Made by a program: the position numbers and the translations under genes
Shown here: in pieces, positions 49,801 through 63,000 of the stretch
How positions within the stretch are numbered: position 1 is the first letter of the stretch
Layout: every line of letters begins with the position of its first letter
The notes under the pieces: model-generated
What the model was told of the DNA's origin: nothing
Database searches by the model: none
The model's input: the letters and a program-made list of their open reading frames with translations, nothing else
Assembly (NCBI GenBank): GCA_950097015.1
Contig: CATNEN010000001.1
Span: 4,588,001-4,652,000 of the forward strand
Reading direction: 5' to 3'
DNA length: 64,000 bases
DNA from: Macrostomum hystrix
Lineage: Eukaryota; Animalia; Platyhelminthes

Positions 49801-52800
49801 GAGAATGGTGAGGGGAGAGGGGAGAATGGAGGGAGAATAGTGAGGTGAGAATGGTGAGGCGCGGATGGAAGGGAAATATGGAAGGGAGAATGGCGAGGGG
49901 AGAAGGCAGAATAAAGTGGATGAAGACAGTAGGCTGACCTCTAGCTTGTAGAGCTCAGGCACATTCCGGATGTTAACATAGTGATCGGTGATGGCGTCCT
50001 CTTTGAAGATGCCGGCCGAGGTATTGCCGAAGACCAATCGATAATTGTCTGTTCGCAGTCTAGCCAGCAGAGCCAGAAGATCTTGCAGGCTGCCCGGGTT
50101 ATAAAACTTTTGACCCTTCCAGCCGCGAGCAACGGCAGCGAGGCCGGAGGTTGGCACTTTGCCAACTTTGCTCTTGCAGCAGCCGCGCTCCAGATCCTAA
50201 AAATAATATTTTTACAGCATTTAGCGTACATTGCTACTGATAAGTAGAGTTATTAAAAAAGCTATTTAATTTTTTTGGAGTCAAAGAAACTTAAATTTTT
50301 AATTCTGATATATTATTGACATTTTGTTGACTCCACGATCCCATTACGCAGCCGTTGCGCTCGTATTATCATGAAACGCATTGTTTCCCTTTAGGCTTTA
50401 GGATGAGATTCGAACTCGGGACCACTCGATTAAAACTCCAGACTTGCCTCAACCTCCAAGCAGCAGGTCTTGTCGCCGCTGTCACTGGCGAATCCTTTCA
50501 TAGCGTCCAGGATGGGCCTATAGCCTGTGCAGCGACAGATATTCCCGTCGAAAAAGTGCTCAACATCCAATTGAGTAGACTTTGGATTATCCCTTAGCTG
50601 GCTATAGGCTGTCATAACGAAGCCAGGCGAACAATAGCCACACTGGCTGCCGAATCCATCGGCTAGTTTAGCCTGTATCGGATGATAGCCAGACGGCTGG
50701 CGAGAGCCGCCGATGCCCTCGACGGTGATAATATGCCAACCAATCGCCGAATAGAGCGGAGTCAGGCACTGCAAATGTCAGGGCAGTTGCGGACAGCGAT
50801 AAGCATTATCTATAGAATTCAACTGTAGAGCCTCTATGAGGGACACATTATACTTCCAGAAAAAATAGTGATAAGATTAAAGCATGGCATGAACAGAGAG
50901 ACGCAGAGAAAGACAGTGAAAAACTCACTGTGTGCCTGTTTTATAAGATTTTGCTGTCAACCGTGGCAGAATGTAATTTCCAACTTTTGATAGAGACAAT
51001 TTTTATTTTCTTAACCAAGAAGTCTAATTACTGGCTAAAATCATGCAAGATAAGGATGCTAGTATATAGTAGGACTTCAGGCTGCTAGTTTTGGGACTTC
51101 AGGCTGCTAGTTTTGGGACTTCAGGCTGCTAGTTTTGGGACTTCAGGCTGCTAGTTTTGGGACTTCAGGATGCCAGTTTTGGGACTTCAGGATGCCAGTT
51201 TTGGGACTTCAGGATGCTAGTTTTGGGACTTCAGGATGCTAGTTTTGGGATTTCAGGCTGCTAGTTTTGGGACTTCAGGCTGCTAGTTTTGGGACTTCAG
51301 GCTGCTAGTTTTGGGACTTCAGGATGCTAGTTTTGGGATTTCAGGCTGCTAGTTTTGGGATTTCAGGATGCTAGTTTTGGGACTTCAGGATGCTAGTTTT
51401 GGGACTTCAGGATGCTAGTTTTGGGACTTCAGGCTGCCAGCTTTGGGACTTCAGGATGCTATGACAAGACTTCAGGATTTTTATTTTCTAACCTCAGTAT
51501 GACATGAAGTATGAATAGTATGTCTAGTTTGACTTCTAATTTAAGAATGACTTCGATATGCTAGTAGTGGACTTCTGGATCATAGTAGGGGACTTCAGGA
51601 TCATAGTAGGGGACTTCAGGATCATAGTAGGGGACTTCAGGATCATAGTAGGGGACTTGGGGATCCTGTGTGAGACAGGCCTCAGGAGGGTGAGACACGC
51701 TTCAGGAGGGTGTGAGACTGGCTTCAGTAGTAGTATGATTGGAAGCCGCTCGACCTACCGAGTTAACTGGCTTAGACAGGATCTCGCCAGTAGCCGGGTG
51801 CTTGTAGACAGCGCATACGGTGCAGCAGCCGCAGCCGGCTTCGCGGCACATCACCTTGGTGCCCTTCAGGTTGAGCACGTCGCGCAGAAAGTCGTTCAAT
51901 GTCATCTCCGGATCGCAGTCACGAGAAACTGCCATCAGATTTGTAACATTAATTAACAGTGGTAACATCAAATACAAGTATCCTGAAGTCCCCTACTTTG
52001 ACCCTGAAGTCCCCTACTATGATCCTGAAGTCCCCTACTATGATCCTGAAGTCCCCTACTATGATCCTGAAGTCCCCTACTATGATCCTGAAGTCCCCTA
52101 CTATGATCCTGAAGTCCCCTACTATGATCCTGAAGTCCCTACTATGATCCTGAAGTCCACTACTATGATCCTGAAGTCCCCTACTATGATCCTGAAGTCC
52201 CTACTAGTATCCTGAAGTCCCCTACTAGTATCCTGAAGTCCCTACTAGCATCCTGAAGTCCCCTACTTTAATCCTGAAGTCCCCTACTATGATCCTGAAG
52301 TCCCCTACTAGCATCCTGAAGTCCCCTACTATGATCCTGAAGTCCCCTACTAGCATCCTGAAGTCCCCTACTATGATCCTGAAGTCCCCTACTATGATCC
52401 TGAAGTCCACTACTATGATCCTGAAGTCCCCTACTATGATCCTGAAGTCCCCTACTATGATCCTGAAGTCCCCTACTAGTATCCTGAAGTCCCCTACTAG
52501 CATCCTGAAGTCCCCTACTAGTATCCTGAAGTCCTCGTCGTCATCGAGATATTCATCAAATCTAGTTGAAGATTCTGGTGGCAAGCGCAACTAACTTTGC
52601 TCTGTATAGTAATAATATAAACGATAAACCTCGTTGAATATCTCGACGATGCATATGTTCTGTCATTCTCGAAGTTGTTTCATTAGATAAAGCAGAAAAA
52701 TTTAGCATTTTCAAAGCGATTGGTTAAATATTTTAGGAGATACAGAAAAAATTATAATTTGGGTATTTATTTGGAATACCCCGTGGCTTTTCTACTATTA

Positions 52801-52932
52801 AAATTGAATTTCAACACAGAAACAAAGAAACTTATGGGAATTAAAATGCCAACAATTTGCTTCAACTTGCTTACTCTCATATCTCTTGTCATTGACAAAA
52901 AGAAACGGCTCGGTGTGCGTTGAAATCTCCAT
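37842..52932 (-). CDS. Aldehyde oxidase / xanthine dehydrogenase-family molybdo-flavoenzyme, 16 exons, ~1292 aa
   Basis: Exons (minus): 52932-52875, 51928-51759, 50768-50448, 50196-49939, 47307-46897, 46048-45935, 45856-45790, 44719-44334, 43252-43158, 42693-42414, 41664-41266, 40949-40719, 40253-40140, 40004-39580, 38899-38578, 38069-37842; all phases compatible. Motifs: GTKVMCREAGCGCCTV, GSQCGYCSPGFVM, GNICRCTGYRPI (2Fe-2S); LVFGNT, WAGNL (FAD); RIGGGFGGK, GAEMGQG, DIGQIEGAFVMGMG, KAIGEPP (Moco). Confidence 0.92.
38190..38480. repeat. 16-bp minisatellite (reverse complement of the 35994-36590 unit) in AOX intron 15
   Basis: Unit gggagagatgagacac. Confidence 0.85.
38955..39520. repeat. 19-bp minisatellite, AOX intron 14
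   Basis: Unit gaggatttgag(t/g)atctgta. Confidence 0.9.
40335..40620. repeat. 16-bp minisatellite, AOX intron 12
   Basis: Unit ccagaagtccctattt. Confidence 0.9.
41695..42250. repeat. 21-bp minisatellite, AOX intron 10
   Basis: Unit ctgggatttcaaattgtgatt. Confidence 0.95.
42735..43020. repeat. Degenerate ~23-bp repeat, AOX intron 9
   Basis: tactactcgtatactactcaaag. Confidence 0.8.
43051..43140 (+). mobile_element. tRNA-like SINE head fragment
   Basis: A box gtgacctagtggt and B box ggttcgattcc; no complete cloverleaf acceptor stem. Confidence 0.5.
43265..44312. repeat. (GAGT)n microsatellite filling AOX intron 8
   Basis: ~1 kb of agtg units with internal block duplications. Confidence 0.97.
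44722..45705. repeat. 13-bp minisatellite, AOX intron 7
   Basis: Unit gattgagtagg(c/g)t. Confidence 0.92.
46130..46760. repeat. 28-bp minisatellite, AOX intron 5
   Basis: Unit ttgggaatttgggatttctgaacttcga. Confidence 0.92.
47380..49900. repeat. ~14-bp purine-rich minisatellite, AOX intron 4
   Basis: Units gagaatggtgagtg / gagaatgatgaggg, with ~251-bp higher-order blocks. Confidence 0.92.
51055..51665. repeat. 22-bp and 21-bp related minisatellites, AOX intron 2
   Basis: ttttgggacttcagg(c/a)tgctag, then catagtaggggacttcaggat. Confidence 0.9.
51978..52533. repeat. 21-bp minisatellite, AOX intron 1 (inverted relative to 51558-51665)
   Basis: Unit gatcctgaagtcccctactat. Confidence 0.92.
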
Positions 52933-54164
52933 CAGTCTATTTGTTGTAGTCAATATTGATAAATATTTCTTCTTTTGTTGACTTTGTTGGCACAGTTGCT
53001 GCGACTTTGTAAGCACTGGGAAAGGGTTGGAAAGAAAGTTGCTGCAAGCGAAACTCCTTTTTAGCCTGGTTTATATTGACCGTCTCAAGATATCCATTTG
53101 GCTTTTGATTTGCTACAGTGTGTTCTTGTTTTCTGTTTACTGCAAATATAGGGGGGTTAAAGGAAGGGTTGGATAGGCAGGGAGAGAGGGTGAGGAAAAT
53201 GTCTAACCCTACCCCCACCCATAGTCACGCGCTCTATATTCAATGTACATCCATCTAGCGAGCATGTACATTTTCGACTTTCTGTCCGATAATTAGTCGA
53301 GGCTCCAGCTCCACTAAAGTCTATAATGTACATCCAATTCCAAGACTAGGAGTAGGGGCTTGTTAGAGTACAAAGTGAATTTAAGGTTTTCTTTTTGATA
53401 AAGACGTTCGCATAGTGCCATAGTCCAATAAGAAATTACTGTAGGGGTATTAAAAAAGCAATTGACTATCAGATTATGGACGTGCACTCATATGACACTT
53501 AAATTAACTCAATTGAGTAATAAGGGTGACACTGCTAGTGCTGTCTATCGCGTTGTTGACTGAATGAATGACTAGCAGTGCATAGTAGGCCTCGAAAGCA
53601 AGAAAAAGCAGAGCGTTGTCTTATCTAAAAAAAGCATAACTCAAATTAGTAGGGTTTCTACTACTACTAACTAAATTAGTAGCAGATTTAATATCGATTC
53701 AAGTATTAATAACTAGTATCAGTATCAGAGTCGCTGTCCAATCCAAGACGCCGGCGTGCTTTAACAGCAGCCGCTCTTCTTTGTGTTTTGCTTCTTTCAA
53801 CAATGCAAGAAAGACTTGTAATAAAAGAAAATAAGAAAGGCGAGAGGCTAAGAATCTAAAAACTTGGTCTGTTTTCTCTCTGCCACTCTCTGTACAAACT
53901 CTCCGCCTCTCTCTCTACCACTATAGGTCATAGACAGCTTCTCCGAGTCGCCGGTAGTAAATCAAGTGACCATAGCGGGTGTAAAATTCTGGAGTCAAAA
54001 CCGTCTATGGCCACTCTGCAGCCAGCGGGTTTTTTCAGAGTATTCGCATGCCGGGTTAAAGTGGCTTTTCTGAAGTTCTTTTACAACTTGTAATTCGCTT
54101 TTGAGTGATTAAAGGAAACAATAATTCGCTGCTGTGCCTGTGTCAGCACTTTTACACCTTAACA

Positions 54165-55272
54165 CTTTTGCTGCGATTCTAGCTACAGCTCTTGCTGCGA
54201 TTCTAGCTACAGCTATTGCTGCGATTCTAGCTTCGATTCTAGCTACAGCCCTTGCTGCGATTCTAGCTTCGATTCTAGCTACAGCCCTTGCTGCGATTCA
54301 AGCTACAGCCCTTGCTGCGATTCTAGCTACAGCCCTTGCTGCGATTCTAGCTACAGCGTTTGCTGTGGTTCTAGCTAAAGCCCTTGCTGCGATTCTAGCT
54401 ACAGCGTTTGCTATGATTCTAGCTAAAGCCCTTGCTGCGATTCTAGCTACACCCCTTGCTGCGATTATAGCTACAGCTCTTGCTGCGATTCTAGCTACAG
54501 CTCTTGCTGCGATTCTAGCTACTGCTCTTGCTGCGATTCTAGCTACAGCTCTTGCTGCGATTCTAGCTACTGCTCTTGCTGCGATTCTAGCTACTGCTCT
54601 TGCTGCGATTCTAGCTACAGCTATTGCTGCGATTCTAGCTTCGATTCTAGCTAAAGCCCTTGCTGCGATTCTAGCTTCGATTCTAGCTACAGCCCTTGCT
54701 GCGATTCTAGCTTCGATTCTAGCTACAGCCCTTGCTGCGATTCTAGCTACAGCCCTTGCTGCGATTCTAGCTACAGCGTTTGCTGTGGTTCTAGCTAAAG
54801 CCCTTGCTGCGATTCTAGCTACAGCGTTTGCTATGATTCTAGCTAAAGCCCTTGCTGCGATTCTAGCTACACCCCTTGCTGCGATTATAGCTACAGCTCT
54901 TGCTGCGATTCTAGCTACAGCTCTTGCTGCGATTCTAGCTACAGCTCTTGCTGCGATTCTAGCTACTGCTCTTGCTGCGATTCTAGCTACTGCTCTTGCT
55001 GCGATTCTAGCTACTGCTCTTGTTGCGATTCTAGCTACAGCTCTTGCTGCGATTCTAGCTACAGCCCTTGCTACTGTTCTAGCTACAGCCCTTGCTGCGA
55101 TTCTAGCTAAAGCCCTTGCTGCGATTCTAGCTACTGCTCTTGTTGCGATTCTAGCTACAGCTCTTGCTGCGATTCTAGCTACAGCCCTTGCTACTGTTCT
55201 AGCTACAGCCCTTGCTGCGATTCTAGCTAAAGCCCTTGCTGCGATTCTAGCTACAGCCCTTGCTGCGATTGT
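54165..55272. repeat. 24-bp minisatellite
   Basis: Unit gctgcgattctagctacagccctt; 420-bp higher-order duplication. Confidence 0.95.
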
Positions 55273-55959
55273 AGATTTGTAAATTTTAAAACATGCGAGT
55301 AGAATAGTAGAAATAGAAGTAGCAATCAAGATCTGTGTAATCACAAGATGCGTGGGATATTCTTAGAAAGATGAAACTGTACGCTAGATTTGCATTGTAT
55401 CTTTATTTTTTATGTTTTTTTAATCAAACACACTGCAAGTACATGAAAAATAATAATTGAAAAACGAAAGAATTTCAGCAAATATAAAAAATTTGTCTTC
55501 ATAGACGTGAGAAATTAGAAAAATAACACTTAGTTAAATTTTTACATGGCAACAAATTTTTTATTATTAGTGCGAACTGCACTACTCATGACTGAGTAGC
55601 CAAAGGTAACGTTTTAGTTCGTTTTAAATTGCACAAAGGTAGCATTACAAGTACTAAGCTGTATTTGTATGAGTGCAGAATTACTTTTCTGTTAACGCTT
55701 CATCGAAAAATTATTTGATTTAATTTTTTCCATGAAATCTGATCACTTGACTAGAAACTATCAAACAATAGCACAAAAATATAGCTGTTTATAATGAATA
55801 ACAAGAGATGATATGAAACTATAGAATCCCACAATCAAGCATTGATTTTATGACAGCTTAAACGAAACCTGGGTCCTTATAAATAAGTATCAGTTTGTTA
55901 CAGTCTAAAAAAACTAAAGAAAATAATCTATTTTAGATTTGGCAGACTGCAAACAGGGG

Positions 55960-57790
55960 AAATCGACGAAACAAAAATACGAAGGAAGAAATCGAAAAAT
56001 TAAAAAGAGGAAGAGAGGAGGAAATAGACGAATCAAAAAGACCAAGATAGGAGGAAATCGACGAATCAAAAAGACCAAGAGAGGAGGAAATCGACGAATC
56101 AAAAAGACGAAGAGAGGAGGAAATCGACGAATCAAAAAGACGAAGAGAAGAAGAAATCGACGAATCAAAAAGACGAAGAGAGGAGGAAATAGACGAATCA
56201 AAAAGACGAAGAGAGGAGGAAATCGACGAATCAAAAAGACGAAGAGAGGAGGAAATAGACGAATCAAAAAGACGAAGAGAGGAGGAAATCGACGAATCAA
56301 AAAGACCAAGATAGGAGGAAATAGACGAATCAAAAAGACGAAGAGAGGAGGAAATAGACGAATCAAAAAGAGGAAGAGAGGAGGAAATCGACGAATCAAA
56401 AAGACGAAGAGAAGAAGAAATCGACGAATCAAAGAGACGAAGAGAAGAAGAAATCGACGAATCAAAGAGACCAAGAGAAGAAGAAATCGACGAATCAAAG
56501 AGACCAAGAGAAGAAGAAATCGACGAATCAAAAAGACGAAGAGAAGAAGAAATCGACGAATCAAAGAGACCAAGAGAAGAAGAAATCGACGAATCAAAGA
56601 GACGAAGAGAAGAAGAAATCGACGAATCAAAGAGACCAAGAGAGGAGGAAATCGACGAATCAAAGAGACGAAGAGAAGAAGAAATCGACGAATCAAAGAG
56701 ACCAAGAGAAGAAGAAATCGACGAATCAAAGAGACCAAGAGAGGAGGAAATCGACGAATCAAAAAGACGAAGAGAAGAAGAAATCGACGAATCAAAAAGA
56801 CGAAGAGAAGAAGAAATCGACGAATCAAAGAGACGAAGAGAAGAAGAAATCGACGAATCAAAAAGACGAAGAGAAGAAGAAATCGACGAATCAAAGAGAC
56901 CAAGAGAGGAGGAAATCGACGAATCAAAGAGACGAAGAGAAGAAGAAATCGACGAATCAAAGAGACCAAGAGAAGAAGAAATCGACGAATCAAAGAGACC
57001 AAGAGAGGAGGAAATCGACGAATCAAAAAGACGAAGAGAAGAAGAAATCGACGAATCAAAGAGACCAAGAGAAGAAGAAATCGACGAATCAAAGAGACCA
57101 AGAGAGGAGGAAATCGACGAATCAAAAAGACGAAGAGAAGAAGAAATCGACGAATCAAAGAGACGAAGAGAAGAAGAAATCGACGAATCAAAAAGACGAA
57201 GAGAAGAAGAAATCAACGAATCAAAGAGACGAAGAGAAGAAGAAATCGACGAATCAAAGAGACCAAGAGAGGAGGAAATCGACGAATCAAAAAGACGAAG
57301 AGAAGAAGAAATCGACGAATCAAAAAGACGAAGAGAAGAAGAAATCGACGAATCAAAAAGACGAAGAGAAGAAGAAATCGACGAATCAAAAAGACGAAGA
57401 GAGGAGGAAATAGACGAATCAAAAAGACGAAGAGAGGAGGAAATAGACGAATCAAAAAGACGAAGAGAGGAGGAAATCGACGAATCAAAAAGACCATGAG
57501 AAGAGGAAATCGACGAATCAAGAAGACCAAGAGAGGAGGAAATCGACGAATCAAAAAGACAAAGAGAAGAATAAATCGACGAATCAAAGAGACCAAGAGA
57601 GGAGGAAATCGACGAATCAAAAAGACGAAGAGAGGAGGAAATCGACGAATCAAAAAGACGAAGAGAGGAGGAAATCGACGAATCAAAAAGACGAAGAGAA
57701 GAAGAAATCGACGAATCGAAAAGACAAAGAGAGGAGGAAATCGACGAATCAACAAGACGAAAGAGGCGAAAAATCGAAGAATCGAGAATC
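55960..57790. repeat. 33-bp purine-rich minisatellite
   Basis: Unit aaatcgacgaatcaaaaagacgaagagaagaag. Confidence 0.95.
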
Positions 57791-58159
57791 ATGAAAATCA
57801 AGGGCGCACTATATAACACAATGTGAAAAAGCAGAATATCGCAAACTACGAATGTACGAATATCACTTTCAAAAACAAGAGAAAAATATTAAAAAAACGT
57901 TTGTGGTCTCTTTGCGATAGAGAAAATTTACTGGCACTGAATTTTTCGATCTGGGAATATTTAGGATTGCTTTTTAGGCACAGAATCAATAAAAAATAGG
58001 AAAAAAACAATCAATAAACAAGAAACTGATTGGAAGAGCAGAATGAGTAATAATACCAGTAGTATAGTACGAACTAACGATTTTTTGTAATTTTTTGTTT
58101 CATTAGCAAAATCAAATAACAAAGCGAATCATTTAATTGACCCCCTGGGACACAGCTTA

Positions 58160-59620
58160 AGGTTGGGATTAGATCTTGTGGATCAAGGCAAGGTTGGGAT
58201 TAGATCTTGTGGATCAAGGCAAGGTTGGGATTAGATCTTGTGGATCAAGGCAAGGTTGGGATTAGATCTTGTGGATCAAAGCAAGGTTGGGATTAGATCT
58301 TGTGGATCAAGGCAAGGTTGGGATTAGATCTTGTGGATCAAGGCAAGGTTGGGATTAGATCTTGTGGATCAAGGCAAGGTTGGGATTAGATCTTGTGGAT
58401 CAAGGCAAGGTTGGGACTAGATCTTGTGGATCAAGGCAAGGTTGGGATTAGATCTTGTGGATCAAGGCAAGGTTGGGATTAGATCTTGTGGAACTAGGCA
58501 AGGTTGGGATTAGATCTTGTGGAACTAGGCAAGGTTGGGATTAGATCTTGTGGATCAAGGCAAGGTTGGGATTAGATCTTGTGGATCAAGGCAAGGTTGG
58601 GATTAGATCTTGTGGATCAAGGCAAGGTTGGGATTAGATCTTGTGGATCAAGGCAAGGTTGGGATTAGATCTTGTGGATCAAGGCAAGGTTGGGATTAGA
58701 TCTTGTGGAACTAGGCAAGGTTGGGATTAGATCTTGTGGAACTAGGCAAGGTTGGGATTAGATCTTGTGGAACTAGGCAAGGTTGGGATTAGATCTTGTG
58801 GATCAAGGCAAGGTTGGGATTAGATCTTGTGGATCAAGGCAAGGTTGGGATTAGATCTTGTGGATCAAAGCAAGGTTGGGATTAGATCTTGTGGATCAAG
58901 GCAAGGTTGGGATTAGATCTTGTGGATCAAGGCAAGGTTGGGATTAGATCTTGTGGATCAAGGCAAGGTTGGGATTAGATCTTGTGGATCAAGGCAAGGT
59001 TGGGATTAGATCTTGTGGATCAAGGCAAGGTTGGGATTAGATCTTGTGGATCAAGGCAAGGTTGGGATTAGATCTTGTGGATCAAGGCAAGGTTGGGATT
59101 AGATCTTGTGGATCAAGGCAAGGTTGGGATTAGATCTTGTGGATCAAGGCAAGGTTGGGATTAGATCTTGTGGATCAAGGCAAGGTTGGTATTAGATCTT
59201 GTAGATCAAGGCAAGTTTGGGATTAGATCTTGTGGATCAAGGCAAGGTTGGGATTATATCTTGTGGATCAAAGCAAGGTTGGGATTAGATCTTGTGGATC
59301 AAGGCAAGGTTGGGATTAGATCTTGTGGATCAAGGCAAGGTTGGGATTATATCTTGTGGATCAAAGCAAGGTTGGGATTAGATCTTGTGGATCAAGGCAA
59401 GGTTGGGATTAGATCTTGTGGATCAAGGCAAGGTTGGGATTAGATCTTGTGGATCAAGGCAAGGTTGGGATTAGATCTTGTGGATCAAGGCAAGGTTGGG
59501 ATTAGATCTTGTGGATCAAGGCAAGGTTGGGATTAGATCTTGTGGAACTAGGAAAAGTTAAGATTAGATCTTGTGAATCTAGGAAAGGCTGGGATTTTAT
59601 CTTGTGGATCTAGGGAGGGT
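58160..59620. repeat. 31-bp minisatellite
   Basis: Unit ggttgggattagatcttgtggatcaaggcaa. Confidence 0.95.
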
Positions 59621-59786
59621 TGGGAATAGATATACAAGATTTCTAATTTTAGTTGGGATTTTAATTAGGAATGAAAATAACTCAAAAATTTGAACCAGGG
59701 AGTTTATCGGTTTTTAGTTTTGCTTTTTTAAAGATATTATAAGGTCTGATTTTATGGTCTGACGCCAAAAACTTTGACGAAATAAA

Positions 59787-60068
59787 TCACTTAATAAAGG
59801 CGAACCGCTTGGATTTACTCTTGACTTTCTCAGATGACTGCTGCTGCTGCGGCTGGGGTTCGAGGCTCCGCCAGCGCAAATCGCCAGACTCAGGCGGCAG
59901 GGTGGCCTCACTGGCGGCCGCTTTCTCCCAGGCCAGCTTGTCGGCTTCGAACTTGCGCCTGCGCTCCGACAGTTCGGCCTCCTGCTGCTCCAGCTGGCGC
60001 CGCATCTGCTCTGCCCTGCGCTGCAGGTCCAGCTCCGAGTCCTTCAGCTTCTGCTTCTTCTCCTTCAC
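59787..60068 (-). CDS. SEPT7: Last coding exon of a septin-7-like gene (upstream exons outside the window)
   Basis: Acceptor cattcccag| followed by [48 protein letters not shown], closely resembling the SEPT7 C-terminal coiled coil, then a basic tail and stop. Confidence 0.8.
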   Translation of the reverse strand: MKEKKQKLKDSELDLQRRAEQMRRQLEQQEAELSERRRKFEADKLAWEKAAASEATLPPESGDLRWRSLEPQPQQQQSSEKVKSKSKRFAFIK

Positions 60069-60094
60069 CTGGGAATGAGCGGATGCAGTTGCAA

Positions 60095-63000
60095 CTAGAG
60101 CAGATCCCAAAGCAGAATCTAGAACAGATCCCAAAGCAGAATCTAGAACAGATCCCAAAGCAGCATCTAGAACCGATCCCAAAGCAGAATCTAGAACAGA
60201 TCCCAAAGCAGAATCTAAAACAGATCCCAAAGCAAAATCTAGAACAGATCCCAAAGCAGAATCTAGAACCGATCCCAAAGCAGAATCTAGAACAGATCCC
60301 AAAGCAGAATCTAAAACAGATCCCAAAGCAGAATCTAGAACAGATACCAAAGCAGAATCTAGAACAGATACCAAAGTAGAATCTAGAACAGATCCCAAAG
60401 CAGAATCTAGAACCGATCCCAAAGCAGCATCTAGAACCGATCCCAAAGCAGCATCTAGAACCGATCCCAAAGCAGAATCTAAAACAGATCCCTAACCATA
60501 ATCTAGAACAGATTCCAAACCAGAATCTAGAACAGATCCCAAAGCAGCATCTAGAACCGATCCCAAAGCAGCATCTAGAACCGATCCCAAAGCAGAATCT
60601 AAAACAGATCCCTAACCATAATCTAGAAGAGATTCCAAACCAGAATCTAGAACAGATCCCAAAGCAGAATCTAGAACAGATCCCAAAGCAGAATCTAGAA
60701 CCGATCCCAAACCAGAATCTAGAACAGATCCCAAAGCAGAATCTAGAACAGATCCCAAACCAGAATCTAGAACAGATCCCAAAGCAGAATCTAGAACAGA
60801 TACCAAAGTAGAATCTAGAACAGATACCAAAGTAGAATCTAGAACAAATACCAAACCAGAATCTAAAACAGATTCCAAACCAGAATCTAGAACAGATCCC
60901 TAACCAGAATCTAGAACAGATTCCAAACCAGAATCTAGAACAGATACCAAAGTAGAATCTAGAACAGATCCCAAAGCAGAATCTAGAACAGATCCCAAAG
61001 CAGAATCTAAAACAGATTCCAAACCAGAATCTAGAACAGATCACAAACCAGAATCTAGAATAGATTCCAAACCAGAATCTAGAACAGATTCCAAACCAGA
61101 ATCTAGAACAGATCCCAAACCAGAATCTAGAACAGATCCCAAAGCAGAATCTAGAACAGATACCAAAGTAGAATCTAAAACAGATCCCTAACCATAATCT
61201 AGAACAGATTCAAAACCAGAATCTAGAACAGATCCCAAACCAGAATCTAGAAGAGATCCCAAAGTAGAATCTAGAATAGATTCCAAAGCAGAATCTAAAA
61301 CAGATTCCAAACCAGAATCTAGAACAGATCCCAAAGCAGCATCTAGAACCGATCCCAAACCAGAATCTAGAAGAGATCCCAAAGTAGAATCTAGAACAGA
61401 TCCCAAAGCAGAATCTAGAACAGATTCCAAAGCAGAATCTAAAACAGATCCCTAACCATAATCTAGAACAGATTCCAAACCAGAATCTAGAACAGATCCC
61501 AAACCAGAATCTAGAAGAGATCCCAAACCAGAATCTAGAACAGATTCCAAAGCAGAATCTAAAACAGATCCCAAACCAGAATCTAGAAGAGATCCCAAAG
61601 TAGAATCTAGAACAGATCCCAAACCAGAATCTAGAAGAGATCCCAAACCAGAATCTAGAACAGATACCAAAGTAGAATCTAGAACAGATCCCAAAGCAGA
61701 ATCTAGAACCGATCCCAAAGCAGCATCTAGAACCGATCCCAAAGCAGCATCTAGAACCGATCCCAAAGCAGAATCTAAAACAGATCCCTAACCATAATCT
61801 AGAACAGATTCCAAACCAGAATCTAGAACAGATCCCAAAGCAGCATCTAGAACCGATCCCAAAGTAGAATCTAGAACAGATCCCAAAGCAGAATCTAGAA
61901 CAGATTCCAAAGCAGAATCTAAAACAGATCCCTAACCATAATCTAGAACAGATTCCAAACCAGAATCTAGAACAGATCCCAAACCAGAATCTAGAAGAGA
62001 TCCCAAACCAGAATCTAGAACAGATTCCAAAGCAGAATCTAAAACAGATCCCAAACCAGAATCTAGAAGAGATCCCAAAGTAGAATCTAGAACAGATCCC
62101 AAAGCAGAATCTAGAACAAATACCAAAGCAGAATCTAGAACAGATTCCAAAGCAGAATCTAAAACAGATCCCAAACCAGAATCTAGAAGAGATCCCAAAG
62201 TAGAATCTAGAACAGATTCCAAACCAGAATCTAGAACAGATTCCAAAACAGAATCTAAAACAGATCCCTAACCATAATCTAGAACAGATTCCAAAGCAGA
62301 ATCTAGAACAGATCCCAAACCAGAATCTAGAAGAGATCCCTAACCAGAATCTAGAACAGATCCCAAACCAGAATCTAGAACAGATCCCAAACCAGAATCT
62401 AGAACAGATACCAAAGTAGAATCTAAAACAGATCTCTAACCATAATCTAGAACAGATTCAAAACCAGAATCTAGAACAGATCCCAAACCAGAATCTAGAA
62501 GAGATCCCAAAGTAGAATCTAGAATAGATTCCAAAGCAGAATCTAAAACAGATCCCTAACCATAATCTAGAACAGATTCCAAACCAGAATCTAGAACAGA
62601 TCCCAAACCAGAATCTAGAAGAGATCCCAAAGTAGAATCTAGAACAGATCCCAAACCAGAATCTAGAAGAGATCCCAAAGCAGAATCTAGAACAGATTCC
62701 AAAGCAGAATCTAAAACAGATCCCTAACCATAATCTAGAACAGATTCCAAACCAGAATCTAGAACAGATCCCAAACCAGAATCTAGAAGAGATCCCAAAC
62801 CAGAATCTAGAACAGATCCCAAAGCAGAATCTAAAACAGATTCCAAACCAGAATCTAGAACAGATCACAAACCAGAATCTAGAATAGATTCCAAACCAGA
62901 ATCTAGAACAGATTCCAAACCAGAATCTAGAACAGATCCCAAACCAGAATCTAGAACAGATCCCAAACCAGAATCTAGAACAGATACCAAAGTAGAATCT

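Noticed and set aside
55914-57819. 625-aa Lys/Arg-rich protamine-like ORF and overlapping antisense ORFs
   Set aside because: They are translations of a 33-bp tandem repeat open in several frames on both strands, with a TTG start and no unique coding context.
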